28,734 nucleotides of DNA from Candidatus Woesearchaeota archaeon (GCA_023255615.1 JAHFLI010000002.1:3721-32454), one strand, 5' to 3'; numbered from the stretch's first letter, positions 1 through 9,460 are shown. Notes: generated by a model from the sequence alone, not told the origin. Made by a program: numbers and translations.

Positions 1-1005
1 ATGGATGGGATCGTCACCTGATGACCAGTCTAGACCTACAATAACATTATTTGCTTTAGCAGCATATTTTTCATTCCATATGTTGGCATGGCAGTAAGTC
101 GTGTCTTCTGAGAAGCATGGTCCATATTCTATGGTTCCGTCGTGATGCAACTTGACTCCCCCATCAATGTAATCAAAGGTTTTGAGATAAGAAGTGGAAA
201 TATCATTGGTCTGCGCTCCGATCGTAATTAGTTTTCCTTTGGATGATGCATAGTTTCTCATATCATTTACAATTTGTCCTGCAAGTGGCTTTGTTGACCA
301 TTGTGGATCTTGCATGTAAACTTCCCCAAAATCAAAATCTTGTATCCCCGCATCAATGGCTTGATGAGTAATGAATGTTAGGTATTTTTTGTATTCTGTG
401 TTTTGGAAAGAAGGTTTGCACGTGTTTGGACCCCATGATCCCAAGCTTCCCTCTCTGCACATTAATGTGAAGTTAAAGTTTCTTTGTTCATCAGGATAAT
501 AATATTTGGCATTAGTGTTGATGCTTTCTGCAATAAACATTCCGTAAATCATATTTTTATTAGTAATTTTGTTCATGTTTTGTTTGATAAGCGAAAAATT
601 CGGCGGATTATTCCACGTATCAATTGATCTTTGCAAGTATTGACATTGAGAATGTGTAAGCATGTCAAAGTAGGATTGTGCGTCTTCTGTTCCAGATAAC
701 AATCCATTAAATATACAGCCTTTTGTTTTCATTACATTGATCAACGGTTGAGTTATTCCAGTAGGATTGGTACACGTAGGTGGGGCAGTTCCCGCATCAA
801 TGGAACACTCATGAACAATGGGGCTTGAGTGCATTTGAATTGGTTTAGGATAAAGCACCCCCTCGCCAATCAAGGGGAGTTCTTTATGCTGCAACATATA
901 GACTAAAAAACTTATCCCAATGATAACCAACAGTGACAAGAGAATAACCTTTCCCGTTTGAGAAACGCCAGCCTGGCGGGCATCTGAAATAGCTCTATTT
1001 CCCAT
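1..1005 (-). CDS. Partial (3'-truncated by window edge) membrane-anchored extracellular protein, possible TIM-barrel glycan-active fold
   Basis: Absent from the ORF track. My reverse-strand translation is open for 335 codons from ATG at 1005 to base 1: MGNRAISDARQAGVSQTGKVILLSLLVIIGISFLVYMLQHK...YLQRSIDTWNNPPNF...IYGMFIAESIN...QAIDAGIQDFDFGEVYMQD... It has an N-terminal hydrophobic helix and a TTTATA box at 1034-1039. The fold call is a guess. Confidence 0.8.
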   Translation of the reverse strand, partial: MGNRAISDARQAGVSQTGKVILLSLLVIIGISFLVYMLQHKELPLIGEGVLYPKPIQMHSSPIVHECSIDAGTAPPTCTNPTGITQPLINVMKTKGCIFNGLLSGTEDAQSYFDMLTHSQCQYLQRSIDTWNNPPNFSLIKQNMNKITNKNMIYGMFIAESINTNAKYYYPDEQRNFNFTLMCREGSLGSWGPNTCKPSFQNTEYKKYLTFITHQAIDAGIQDFDFGEVYMQDPQWSTKPLAGQIVNDMRNYASSKGKLITIGAQTNDISTSYLKTFDYIDGGVKLHHDGTIEYGPCFSEDTTYCHANIWNEKYAAKANNVIVGLDWSSGDDPIH

Positions 1006-1170
1006 GAGTACTAAATGAATCATTAACGGGAAATATAAATCTATCGCTAAAAGTGTCAGAACCTTTAAAAATAATTTTTCTTTTTTCAAAGAATCAAGTT
1101 CCTACCGTGATTCAATCAGAAGAAGTCTTATTATTAGAAACAGTTTCTCCGAGATGATAGTGTCCCTTAC

Positions 1171-2760
1171 TCATTGTTCTTCCACAAATAGTGGTTTATC
1201 TTTTAACGTTATAGTTATTTTACCTTCATTAACTGTTTTTGTCTCTGTCTCAAAAGCAGTGTTGAAATCTGTTACTTCTTTTCCTGATTCATATTTAGGA
1301 ATGGCTTCGGTGATTTTTGCTTGATTCGCGTTGACGCTGGAAATGGTGATTTGTTTTTCTGCCGAGTTGTCATTCCAAGCTACCCAAATGGGCTTGCCGG
1401 CTTTAGTAAACTTGTATATATAAACCCCGTCTTTTTCATAAATTGTTTGAATAGTATCCCAATCACTTCCTTTGAGTTTCTCAGTAAGGAGCTTAAAGCT
1501 GTAATAGGAGAGTTTCTTGACACCATCTCCAGGATCAGGACATGGCAGAGTTTTTGAAGGATCGCAATTTCCGACTTTAGGAATACCATTATAGACCAGT
1601 CCATTGTAACTATACGTGTCATGCTCATCTAGATCTTCCCGTACACTACCCCATAGAATCAGTTTGACTCCTTCTCCGGCATGGTAGATAAACCTCTTAA
1701 TTAAATATTCTGCCTGATCTCTTTCTGTTTGATAGGTGTGCAGCCGTTTATTCTTAGCCAAGATATCCATCCCTGAGTGTGTTGCTCCGGACTTCATGAT
1801 TATTGGTTTATCTGGAAAACCAGCTTCCATTAACATGCTTCTGAAGAAAGGGAGACCTTTACCGCGAGGATTCTCTTTATATCCTCGATACAAATTAAAA
1901 TCATGGTAATCAAAGAAATCGAAGAACCCGTTTTGATCTTTAGCCTTCAGTGCTTTCAGGGCTGGTTTGTAATAATATTCATATTCTTCATCCGGAGTGC
2001 CTCCACCCGGACCTCCGAAGACTATCTTTGCTTCAGGATCGAGGTCTTTGATAATAGTATATGAAAATTCGACTAAATCAGCATACGCTTTCGCTGCTTT
2101 CTCACCGCACTCTTTATCCAGGTTTCCATCTGATTCACAAAACGCAGGGACAAAAAGAGAAGAATGTTCATTGTCAATACTCCAGAGTTTTACTTTTTCA
2201 CCCGGAATGCGACTGTTGACATATGTTACAAGAGCTTTCAGAAACTCTCCATAAGCTTTGTACGATTGTGGACCATCTGGGACAAACTTTTTTCCACTTT
2301 TACCTGACTTTATTCCTCTGCCGTCTTTAAACTTGAATTTAGACTCAATATTGATGATAAACCACATGTTAGAGTTAGTTTGTGCAACATACTCTTCCAG
2401 CTTACCATCAATTTCACTGAAATCGTAATCTCCTCCTGTTTCGCTTTTTTCAATCTCTCTTCGAGCGAAATGGTCTGACACCCACTCGACCCCCAGATCT
2501 TTTAAATAATCGCTACTTTTTTCCTGACTACTTGCGAAAGCATCGTTGATCCCGAAAGGATAATCAAACGCTGATGTTGTTGATTGGCGATTTTCTAAAT
2601 CGTTTGGTTCTCCTTTGATTACAGGTTTTTCAGCAGGAGTTTTCTTATGGACAGAAGTTTTCTTTGGCTCTTTAACGCAGCCGCTTACCAAAACAACCAC
2701 TATCAATAACACTGCCAAGAGTGCCAACATTCTAATACTTTTTGTATTTACTTTGACCAT
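1171..2760 (-). CDS. Lipoprotein with GH-A clan (GH39/GH5-like) TIM barrel and C-terminal beta-sandwich; nucleophile Glu absent
   Basis: Lipobox LVSGC; WSIDNE acid/base motif; DFFDYHDF strand 6; PIIMKSG where PIWITExG is expected; tail KKLSYY...KPIWVAW...ITEAIP...LKDKPLFVE. Confidence 0.75.
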   Translation of the reverse strand: MVKVNTKSIRMLALLAVLLIVVVLVSGCVKEPKKTSVHKKTPAEKPVIKGEPNDLENRQSTTSAFDYPFGINDAFASSQEKSSDYLKDLGVEWVSDHFARREIEKSETGGDYDFSEIDGKLEEYVAQTNSNMWFIINIESKFKFKDGRGIKSGKSGKKFVPDGPQSYKAYGEFLKALVTYVNSRIPGEKVKLWSIDNEHSSLFVPAFCESDGNLDKECGEKAAKAYADLVEFSYTIIKDLDPEAKIVFGGPGGGTPDEEYEYYYKPALKALKAKDQNGFFDFFDYHDFNLYRGYKENPRGKGLPFFRSMLMEAGFPDKPIIMKSGATHSGMDILAKNKRLHTYQTERDQAEYLIKRFIYHAGEGVKLILWGSVREDLDEHDTYSYNGLVYNGIPKVGNCDPSKTLPCPDPGDGVKKLSYYSFKLLTEKLKGSDWDTIQTIYEKDGVYIYKFTKAGKPIWVAWNDNSAEKQITISSVNANQAKITEAIPKYESGKEVTDFNTAFETETKTVNEGKITITLKDKPLFVEEQ

Positions 2761-3050
2761 ATTTTTTCAACAACTGTTTTTTATTTTTGTTTGACCTTTA
2801 AATAGTTTACATTTACAGACTCTGTTGCAATAAGTAATGCTGATATTTCCTTCATTCCAAAACTCAGCAGAAGCTCTCTTAAAAGGTTTGACGTACCTAG
2901 ACTTTTGTCAAGGCCTTCTAAGGTAGTAAAGACAACCTGCAAGTTAGACTATTTCTTTGCCTTTCCTGATATGCTACCGACAGTAAGAAAAAATTAATAG
3001 AGGAAATCAAGCCAAGAGAACTTGATCCCTCACAAAATATGTTTTAGGTA

Positions 3051-3734
3051 TTAAACTAATTTTACCCTAAAATTTTCCAATTTGCATTTATAGACGCCTG
3101 CTTTATTTTTTTCATTGTGTGCTTCGGCTGTGGCGTCACAAACAGCAGTGTCATCTCCTCCTACTAACACGCCATATTCCTGCCAAACAGAATCCTTACC
3201 CACTTTGGTGACAGGTGTTGACACTTCCAACTTCATCATCTGGCTGAGGGAAGCACTTTTAGGTTCTTCTGTCACGACACAAAAGCCATCTTTACCGTTC
3301 CATGTCTGAAAGCTCGCGGTTGCAATCAATTTGCTCGAGCTTAAGGACAATTTGTCAACACCACCATCTTCTTCATATTTTGCATCTGGGTTTGAATACA
3401 CCTTAACAAATGGCCTGTCTTTTGCGGATTCAAGCTTTATGTTATATAACTGCGGCGCTTCATTGCTTGTAGTAGTCACACACCATTCAACCAAGTTTTT
3501 ACTTGTTGTAGTTGTGTCACTGGTCACACTTCTTACATACAGATTCAAAACACTCTCTTGTAAGGGCTGCGGCGAATGCTTTTGCCCTGGTTCAAGCTCA
3601 ATCAAGTCAAACACTCGATGAACATTTGCTGAAGGTGATACTGCTACATTAGCAAATGACACTTGTAGGCTTGTCATTAAGACAACCACCAAACATATCG
3701 CAAAAAACCAATTTTTATAGTTGCTTCTTTCCAT
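3051..3734 (-). CDS. Secreted hypothetical beta-rich protein
   Basis: Signal peptide FFAICLVVVLMTSLQVSFA|N. ATG at 3734 is preferred over the track's TTG at 3767. No family recognised. Confidence 0.7.
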   Translation of the reverse strand: MERSNYKNWFFAICLVVVLMTSLQVSFANVAVSPSANVHRVFDLIELEPGQKHSPQPLQESVLNLYVRSVTSDTTTTSKNLVEWCVTTTSNEAPQLYNIKLESAKDRPFVKVYSNPDAKYEEDGGVDKLSLSSSKLIATASFQTWNGKDGFCVVTEEPKSASLSQMMKLEVSTPVTKVGKDSVWQEYGVLVGGDDTAVCDATAEAHNEKNKAGVYKCKLENFRVKLV

Positions 3735-3778
3735 TTTATTCCACTTATTCTCCCTCCCCTTAACCAAGGAATGAGGGC

Positions 3779-3792
3779 AGATTTATAAATCT
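3779..3792. promoter_or_regulatory. Perfect 14-bp palindrome AGATTTATAAATCT containing a TATA box
   Basis: Reads identically on both strands and lies just upstream of the 3051-3734 gene. Confidence 0.55.
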
Positions 3793-3868
3793 ATTCCCGC
3801 TAGTGCTCTGTTGCATAATTATTCGTGGTTCGGCTAAACAAGCAATATACATTTTCTCATTCTGTTTT

Positions 3869-5875
3869 TTACTCTAGAATTTCTACGTAAATTGGATTTT
3901 TTCCAAGAGTAATTTTAACTTTTCCGTCAACTACCTTTTGCGTATACGATTTAAACGTTGAACTATAGTCAGGAATTGCTTCAGTAACGGTTACAGAGCC
4001 GGAATGTCCAACACTGAGAGTTATCGTTGGTTTTTTGGAGTCAACACATGCAGAATCACATTGCTCTACACATTTGTCCATTGCTCTTATGTCAGATGGA
4101 TCGGCAGGGTTCTTTGTGCAATCAACTCTACACCCTGTATCTGTATCTAAATCCACGTTACAATCCTTAGCCCAGTCCCACCAGGCGATGTACATTCCTT
4201 TTCCGTTGTTGGTAACTTTGTATACATTTGTACTAACACCTAGATTATTATACCCTTGTTGGATTATTTCAGCATTCTTCCAATCTGCTGTTCCAACTTT
4301 CGAGTTTAAGAATTTGAACGTGTGATATCCGAGTTTTTTTACACCAGCATTTTTATCGGGACAGGGAAGCGTTTTCTTGGGATCACACTTTTCTTTTATG
4401 CCATCCGGCAAGCCATCATAGATTAGTTGGTTCTGACCAAAGAGGTAATCGATAGCCTGAAAATCCTCAGTTATTCCCCCGTAAAAAATGAGTTCTACAT
4501 CATTAGCAGTATGATACACAAATCTCTTGAAAAGGTACTCAGCTTGTTCTCGTTCAGTTTGATAGGGATGGACTCTTTCCCCCGCTTCTTCATTTTTACC
4601 CGTGTGTGTCGAGCCGGCTTTGATGATAATAGGCGTACCACTAAATCCTGTTTTTTCTAATAGTCCTTTGAAATAACTGAGAGGTTTTGACGTACCATAG
4701 TTAGATTCGTAACCAGTGAACCTGTTGAAATCATGATAGTCAAGATAATCTACGCATTGAGGGCAGGATACTTTCAGCTTTAAAAGAATTTGTTCATAAA
4801 ATAGATAATCTTCTTCGTTTGTGCCACCAGCAATTCCAATTGGTACAATCTTTGCATCTGGGAAGTATTTTCGGATGATGAGTGTGGAAACAGCAACTAA
4901 ATTTGCATGTGCTTCTGCTGCTTTATCACATTCCGTATTTGGAACTCCACAGCCGTCAAGAATCTTATTCTTATTTTCATCAAACGCTGGTACATATAAT
5001 CCTTTTTGTTCATTATCAATACTCCAGATTTTAATATTCCACCCATTATTTTTTACATGACTCATCACGGCATTGAGATACGTTTCCCATGCTTCCAGGG
5101 ATTCTCCTTGATAGGGGATATACACTTTTTCTTTAGGCTCTCGCATTGCACCAGCGTATGGGCATTTCGTTTCCATATTTAATATGAACCATGAATGGAA
5201 ACTATGGTATTGTTTCATTTTCTCATCGATTTCAGTAAAGTCAAGTGTTGTTCCGCACACTTTGTCTATTTGCGTTCGTTTGAAATGATCGGTAATCCAA
5301 TTAACTTCAAGATCGTTGAGCAGCAATATTGTTTTCTCTCCAGAATCAGCGAAGGGGTTATTTTCTCCAAAAGGACTCTTTAATGGCTTAGGTGGCAACA
5401 CGACACTCACCTTAACATTAGGTGTATAGTCACCAAACCACTCAACGTGCTCTCGAAGCATTTTCCATTGAAAGTTATAATTTCCCGGATTAGCTGGTGC
5501 TGTTACAGAAAAAGTAAATGTTTTAGTTTGACCGGGAGGTATGTTCTCATTTTGTTTTAATTCAACTCGTCCGAATCCCCATATCCGATTATCTTGTGGG
5601 TTCTGTGAGCCTAGTTTATACTCGCCAGAAGTAGTCCAGGTTGTTGTTCCAGTGTTTTTCATTGTCACAGAAACAACGTATGTTTCTCCTGCAATCATAG
5701 CATTTGGAACATTCTGAGAAACAAAAACAGACTTATTAGATGGTTCGGACGCTTTTCCTGCCATATTGACGCATGAAGCAAGAAGAATTAGCATTCCAAA
5801 GAAACCAAGAGTTAGCTTCGTTTTATTAAAACTTCGTCCATCTTTATAATCAACTATTTTTTTTCTTCTGTTCAT
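3869..5875 (-). CDS. Lipoprotein: NBR1/FW-type Ig-like domain + GH-A-like TIM barrel + Cys-rich C-terminal beta-sandwich; paralog of 1171-2760
   Basis: LLASC lipobox; VSVTMKNTGTTTW...PGQTKTFTFSVTAPANPGNYNFQWKM...EWFG Ig-like domain; WSIDNE; DYLDYHDF; PIIIKAG; shares QTEREQAEYL and CDPxKTLPCPD with the first paralog. Confidence 0.75.
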   Translation of the reverse strand: MNRRKKIVDYKDGRSFNKTKLTLGFFGMLILLASCVNMAGKASEPSNKSVFVSQNVPNAMIAGETYVVSVTMKNTGTTTWTTSGEYKLGSQNPQDNRIWGFGRVELKQNENIPPGQTKTFTFSVTAPANPGNYNFQWKMLREHVEWFGDYTPNVKVSVVLPPKPLKSPFGENNPFADSGEKTILLLNDLEVNWITDHFKRTQIDKVCGTTLDFTEIDEKMKQYHSFHSWFILNMETKCPYAGAMREPKEKVYIPYQGESLEAWETYLNAVMSHVKNNGWNIKIWSIDNEQKGLYVPAFDENKNKILDGCGVPNTECDKAAEAHANLVAVSTLIIRKYFPDAKIVPIGIAGGTNEEDYLFYEQILLKLKVSCPQCVDYLDYHDFNRFTGYESNYGTSKPLSYFKGLLEKTGFSGTPIIIKAGSTHTGKNEEAGERVHPYQTEREQAEYLFKRFVYHTANDVELIFYGGITEDFQAIDYLFGQNQLIYDGLPDGIKEKCDPKKTLPCPDKNAGVKKLGYHTFKFLNSKVGTADWKNAEIIQQGYNNLGVSTNVYKVTNNGKGMYIAWWDWAKDCNVDLDTDTGCRVDCTKNPADPSDIRAMDKCVEQCDSACVDSKKPTITLSVGHSGSVTVTEAIPDYSSTFKSYTQKVVDGKVKITLGKNPIYVEILE

Positions 5876-5940
5876 TAAATCTCATCTGTTGCTTTCCCTT
5901 GGCTCAAGCGTGCTTCTATATAAAATTTCGTATTTTTTTA

Positions 5941-6090
5941 TTATTTATTACTATCACATGCAATGGTATCGTACGCTTTGAGATCTTCTTTCGTTTTTAC
6001 GCCGCCGTATACATTACAATATCCGGCTGCTCTATGAGAATATACTCCAAGTTTTCCGCAAGAAGGCAAACACTTGGCAACGTAAGGTGA
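5941..6090 (-). pseudogene. Orphan Cys-rich C-terminal gene fragment
   Basis: A 49-codon frame bounded by TAG and TAA with no start: SPYVAKCLPSCGKLGVYSHRAAGYCNVYGGVKTKEDLKAYDTIACDSNK. Protein-like with 4 Cys. Confidence 0.45.
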
Positions 6091-6152
6091 CTAACTTTCC
6101 CATAATGTTTAAAAATCAGGTGTTAATCATCTAGGTCTAATGGGGTGAATCA

Positions 6153-7133
6153 ATGGTTAAAATAATTCAGGGCGGAGATATCAAGGCATTAAAAGGAAAA
6201 ACAGTTGCAGTTATTGGCTACGGTGCGCAAGGACGAGCGCAAGCGTTGTGTATGCATGATTCTGGAGTCTCTGTTATCGTTGGTGTCAGAAAAGATGGCG
6301 AGAGTTGGAAAAAAGTAAAAGATGATGGATTAGAAGTAACAACAATATCTGACGCAGCATCAAAAGGAGACATTATTCATATTCTTATTCCTGATGAAAT
6401 CCAAGGAGATATTTACGAGCAAGAAATCAAGCAGCATGTCAAAAAAGGAAAAACATTGTCATGGAGTCACGGATTTAATATTGTGTTCAAGAGAATTATT
6501 CCGCCAAAAGATGTCGATGTCATCATGGTTGCTCCCAAAGCACCAGGAACAGAAGAACGAAAACGATATCTTGAGGGATTTGGCGTTCCTGGATTAATTG
6601 CAGTGAAGCAAAACGCTTCGGGAAAAGCACGTGATACGGCATTAGCAATTGCAGCTGCGTGTGGATTTACTCGCGCAGGTGTTCTTGATTGTTCTTTTGA
6701 AAATGAAGCATTTGAAGATTTGTTTGGAGAGCAAGCAGTTCTTTGTGGTGGCTTATCAGAATTAATCAAAGCAGGATTTGAAACATTAGTCGATAAAGGA
6801 TATCCTCCAGAAATGGCCTACTTTGAATGTTTGCACGAAATGAAATTAATTGTTGATCTCGTCTATGAAGGCGGACTATCTTACATGTGGCATGTAGTAT
6901 CAAACACTGCGGAATATGGCGGAAGAACACGTGGTAAAATGATTATTACCGATGAAGTCAGAAAAAATATGAAGAAAATTCTTGCTGATGTTGAATCTGG
7001 AAAATTCGCGGATGAATGGATTTCTGAATACAAAAAAGGTCTTCCCAATTTGAAAAGACTGAGGGAAGAAGAAGCAAAACACCCCATTGAAGTCGTCGGC
7101 AAAGACATCCGTGCGTTGTTTAAGAAGAAGTGA
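6153..7133 (+). CDS. ilvC: Ketol-acid reductoisomerase (short class I)
   Basis: IGYGAQG Rossmann motif, MVAPKAPG, DLFGEQAVLCGG, YFECLHEMKLIVDL, SNTAEYG. SD-like GGGGTGA and TTTAAAAA box upstream. Confidence 0.97.
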   Translation: MVKIIQGGDIKALKGKTVAVIGYGAQGRAQALCMHDSGVSVIVGVRKDGESWKKVKDDGLEVTTISDAASKGDIIHILIPDEIQGDIYEQEIKQHVKKGKTLSWSHGFNIVFKRIIPPKDVDVIMVAPKAPGTEERKRYLEGFGVPGLIAVKQNASGKARDTALAIAAACGFTRAGVLDCSFENEAFEDLFGEQAVLCGGLSELIKAGFETLVDKGYPPEMAYFECLHEMKLIVDLVYEGGLSYMWHVVSNTAEYGGRTRGKMIITDEVRKNMKKILADVESGKFADEWISEYKKGLPNLKRLREEEAKHPIEVVGKDIRALFKKK

Positions 7134-7186
7134 TTATTTCGTTTGAAAGAGTTAGATATTTAAACTTAATCACCTCTCTATTCCGT

Positions 7187-7387
7187 ATGGCAATAACGAT
7201 ATCCGAAGAAAAGTTCAATAAGGTAATCGATGACGTAGAGACTTTAATAAATGATGTTGTTGATCTTTTTGACCAAGATGAAATTGCAAAAAAAAGACTA
7301 GCAGAGATCGCTTCAAACCCCTCGATTGGAAAATCAGAAAATGATTTGGATAGTTATTTGAAAAAGAGGGGGGTTAACATTGACTGA
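7187..7387 (+). CDS. Putative antitoxin of a RelE-type TA pair
   Basis: A 66-aa acidic helical ORF (MAITISEEKFNKVIDDVETL...) with a TTTAAA box ~25 nt upstream of ATG 7187. It overlaps the toxin start. Confidence 0.7.
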   Translation: MAITISEEKFNKVIDDVETLINDVVDLFDQDEIAKKRLAEIASNPSIGKSENDLDSYLKKRGVNID

Positions 7388-7673
7388 TTGGGAAATAAAA
7401 GAACATCCTGAATTCTTTAAAGATTTAGACAGATTAAATGTAGCGGAATTGGAAATTTTCTATAAGAAAAAAAAGAAAATAAAAGAGAATCCGGAGAGAC
7501 AAAAGCATCTGAGCGGAGGCAGTAATTGTTATCGAGAACCAATCACAGAAAATATTCGGTTAATTTATGCAATTCAGGGGAACACCATTTGGCTACTTGC
7601 TATCGGAAAACATAAAGAAGCTTATAAGGAGTATATCAAACGACTCTATTCACTCAGGCAAAAATTGCATTAA
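7380..7673 (+). CDS. RelE/ParE superfamily toxin
   Basis: 97 aa; HPEFFKDLDRL, IKENP, YREPITENIRLIYAI, LLAIGKHKEAY match the RelE pattern. TTG start overlaps the antitoxin stop. Confidence 0.8.
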   Translation: MTDWEIKEHPEFFKDLDRLNVAELEIFYKKKKKIKENPERQKHLSGGSNCYREPITENIRLIYAIQGNTIWLLAIGKHKEAYKEYIKRLYSLRQKLH

Positions 7674-7679
7674 AAAAAG

Positions 7680-7905
7680 GGAACGCACGTTCAATAGAAT
7701 TCGCTGAGCAACCGCAACCACGACATTACTGCCGTCAGTGGGCAAATCCACATCAGAAAAATTCTCAATGCAAACCAAACGTACTTCACTAGATCTTTCA
7801 TTTAATTCTGCACGAACAATATCTCCAATACCATTGATAGCAACCCCAAGAATATCAAAACCAAGTCCAACATTTGCAATAGTTGCCGGGAGCTTACTTC
7901 CCCAT
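7680..7905 (-). pseudogene. thrB: Homoserine kinase N-terminal fragment
   Basis: PATIANVGLGFDILGVAINGIGDIV is the ThrB N-terminal signature. ATG at 7905 (TATA ~25 nt upstream) is out of frame with it, and homology stops before the GHMP PxGxGLGSS motif. Confidence 0.75.
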
Positions 7906-7936
7906 ATGCACGGGAATGTGATACCTTTAAAAATAT

Positions 7937-9460
7937 TTACTTCGTAGTAGCGGCAGTATACTTCGTTACATGATACGCAAATCTCTTGTCGATCTCTATG
8001 GGTAAATCCCATCCTGCACGTTCAATCATACTTCTTCTACTTGATCCGCCCAATCGTCGTCGTAGTTCATTATTCCCATTTCGAACGTAGAACTCAACAG
8101 CGTCATGCAAATCGGGAACAACATCTTCCGGAACCCAACTTGACAAAAATCTTGTTTCACTTGCAACATATCTTCTTCGCGAATCATCAAAACGAATCTT
8201 TGGTTGATATACATCGGCATAGGGGTGTTGTTTTTCAACGTGAACTGCTCCTTTTTTCTCTCGATTAAAAATATCGACTCCGTTTGCTCTAACAACAACG
8301 TTTTCTTGTTCAAGAGGCGGCAAATTATCAAAAAATAATAATCGAACAAAACGGTCTCCCCGTTGATATTCCATGGCAACCATTTGATAGGGCGTATCCT
8401 TTTTCTCAAAAGTGAATCCGACGAATCGATACCTTTCTTCCGTCGTCAATCGATTATGTGCAGCATCATACATCGCTCGTATGTGCCCCGGAATAACATC
8501 ACTCCGATCAAAAATCCATTTGTTAGGAACAACAACAAGGCGAGCATCTCCTCGGTCAACATATCTTCTCATATCGGGATCCCAAATGACATTGAGCTTC
8601 ATCAGTCGATTGTTAATTTCTGCTTTATTCATCCCACGAGAGAAATATTCAATGAGTGCAGCAACCATCACATTTGATAATCGCGGCTGTTTTCCAGTAG
8701 CGATCGTTTCTAATTCTTCAACGGGAGTTTGAATCTCATAAGGGTGAAACGGTAACCAAATATGATTATTTCTCCTCCCAATAACTTGCTCGAGATTTTC
8801 TACAAATGTTGGATTATACCGTGAAAAAAATAATAACGCAGCAGCTTCAGGGCACAACCACCCCTCAACTCGATAACCCCCTCTTTTCATCATTTCGAGA
8901 GATTCCCGATCATCACAATAAATGGAATGTAATCGAACTGCGCTATCGGTAAAAGGTCCACGAATATGAACGTGATGAAATCTAGAAGTTCCTCGAGCGA
9001 TCCCTTTTTTTCTTACCTCACCATGAAGATTTATTTCTCCTTCATAAGGTGATTCAAGAGATAGCTCTCTGAACACTTTTTCTCCACCTTCTCTCAAGAG
9101 ATTGGTGTTCGCATAACGATCAAAAACCCATTCTTCAAAATTACGCCAGGCTTCGTCAATAGATAATCCTGCAAAACTTTTTCTACGACGAACAAATTCA
9201 TCATCAGCTAACACATCAAGTGAGCGAACTTTGCTTGAGTCGAAGATAGGTGTAAAGGCTCTTTCTCGTCGTTCGAATGTCAGATATTCCTCGAGATATT
9301 TTCTTCTCATTGAAGGTCGTGATACTCTCCATCTTCCCATAAAAAAAGAAAGTGGATCAATAAGAGTAAAAGAATCACGATGAGACAACGCAACTCCATA
9401 ATTTCTGGGAGTAAAACCACGATATTCTAATCTCATCTCTGGAGCTTTAGATTCTGCCAT
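7937..9460 (-). CDS. Hypothetical Arg-rich cytoplasmic protein, possible degenerate SWIM-like metal motif
   Basis: A 507-codon ORF with no signal or TM segment; contains HVHIRGP...YCDD...LCPEAAALL. Confidence 0.75.
   Translation of the reverse strand: MAESKAPEMRLEYRGFTPRNYGVALSHRDSFTLIDPLSFFMGRWRVSRPSMRRKYLEEYLTFERRERAFTPIFDSSKVRSLDVLADDEFVRRRKSFAGLSIDEAWRNFEEWVFDRYANTNLLREGGEKVFRELSLESPYEGEINLHGEVRKKGIARGTSRFHHVHIRGPFTDSAVRLHSIYCDDRESLEMMKRGGYRVEGWLCPEAAALLFFSRYNPTFVENLEQVIGRRNNHIWLPFHPYEIQTPVEELETIATGKQPRLSNVMVAALIEYFSRGMNKAEINNRLMKLNVIWDPDMRRYVDRGDARLVVVPNKWIFDRSDVIPGHIRAMYDAAHNRLTTEERYRFVGFTFEKKDTPYQMVAMEYQRGDRFVRLLFFDNLPPLEQENVVVRANGVDIFNREKKGAVHVEKQHPYADVYQPKIRFDDSRRRYVASETRFLSSWVPEDVVPDLHDAVEFYVRNGNNELRRRLGGSSRRSMIERAGWDLPIEIDKRFAYHVTKYTAATTK

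Noticed and set aside
2815-3046. Short broken frames (e.g. YATDSKKKLIEEIKPRELDPSQNMF) between the first two surface genes
   Set aside because: May be a decayed gene, but stops occur in all frames and no family is recognisable.
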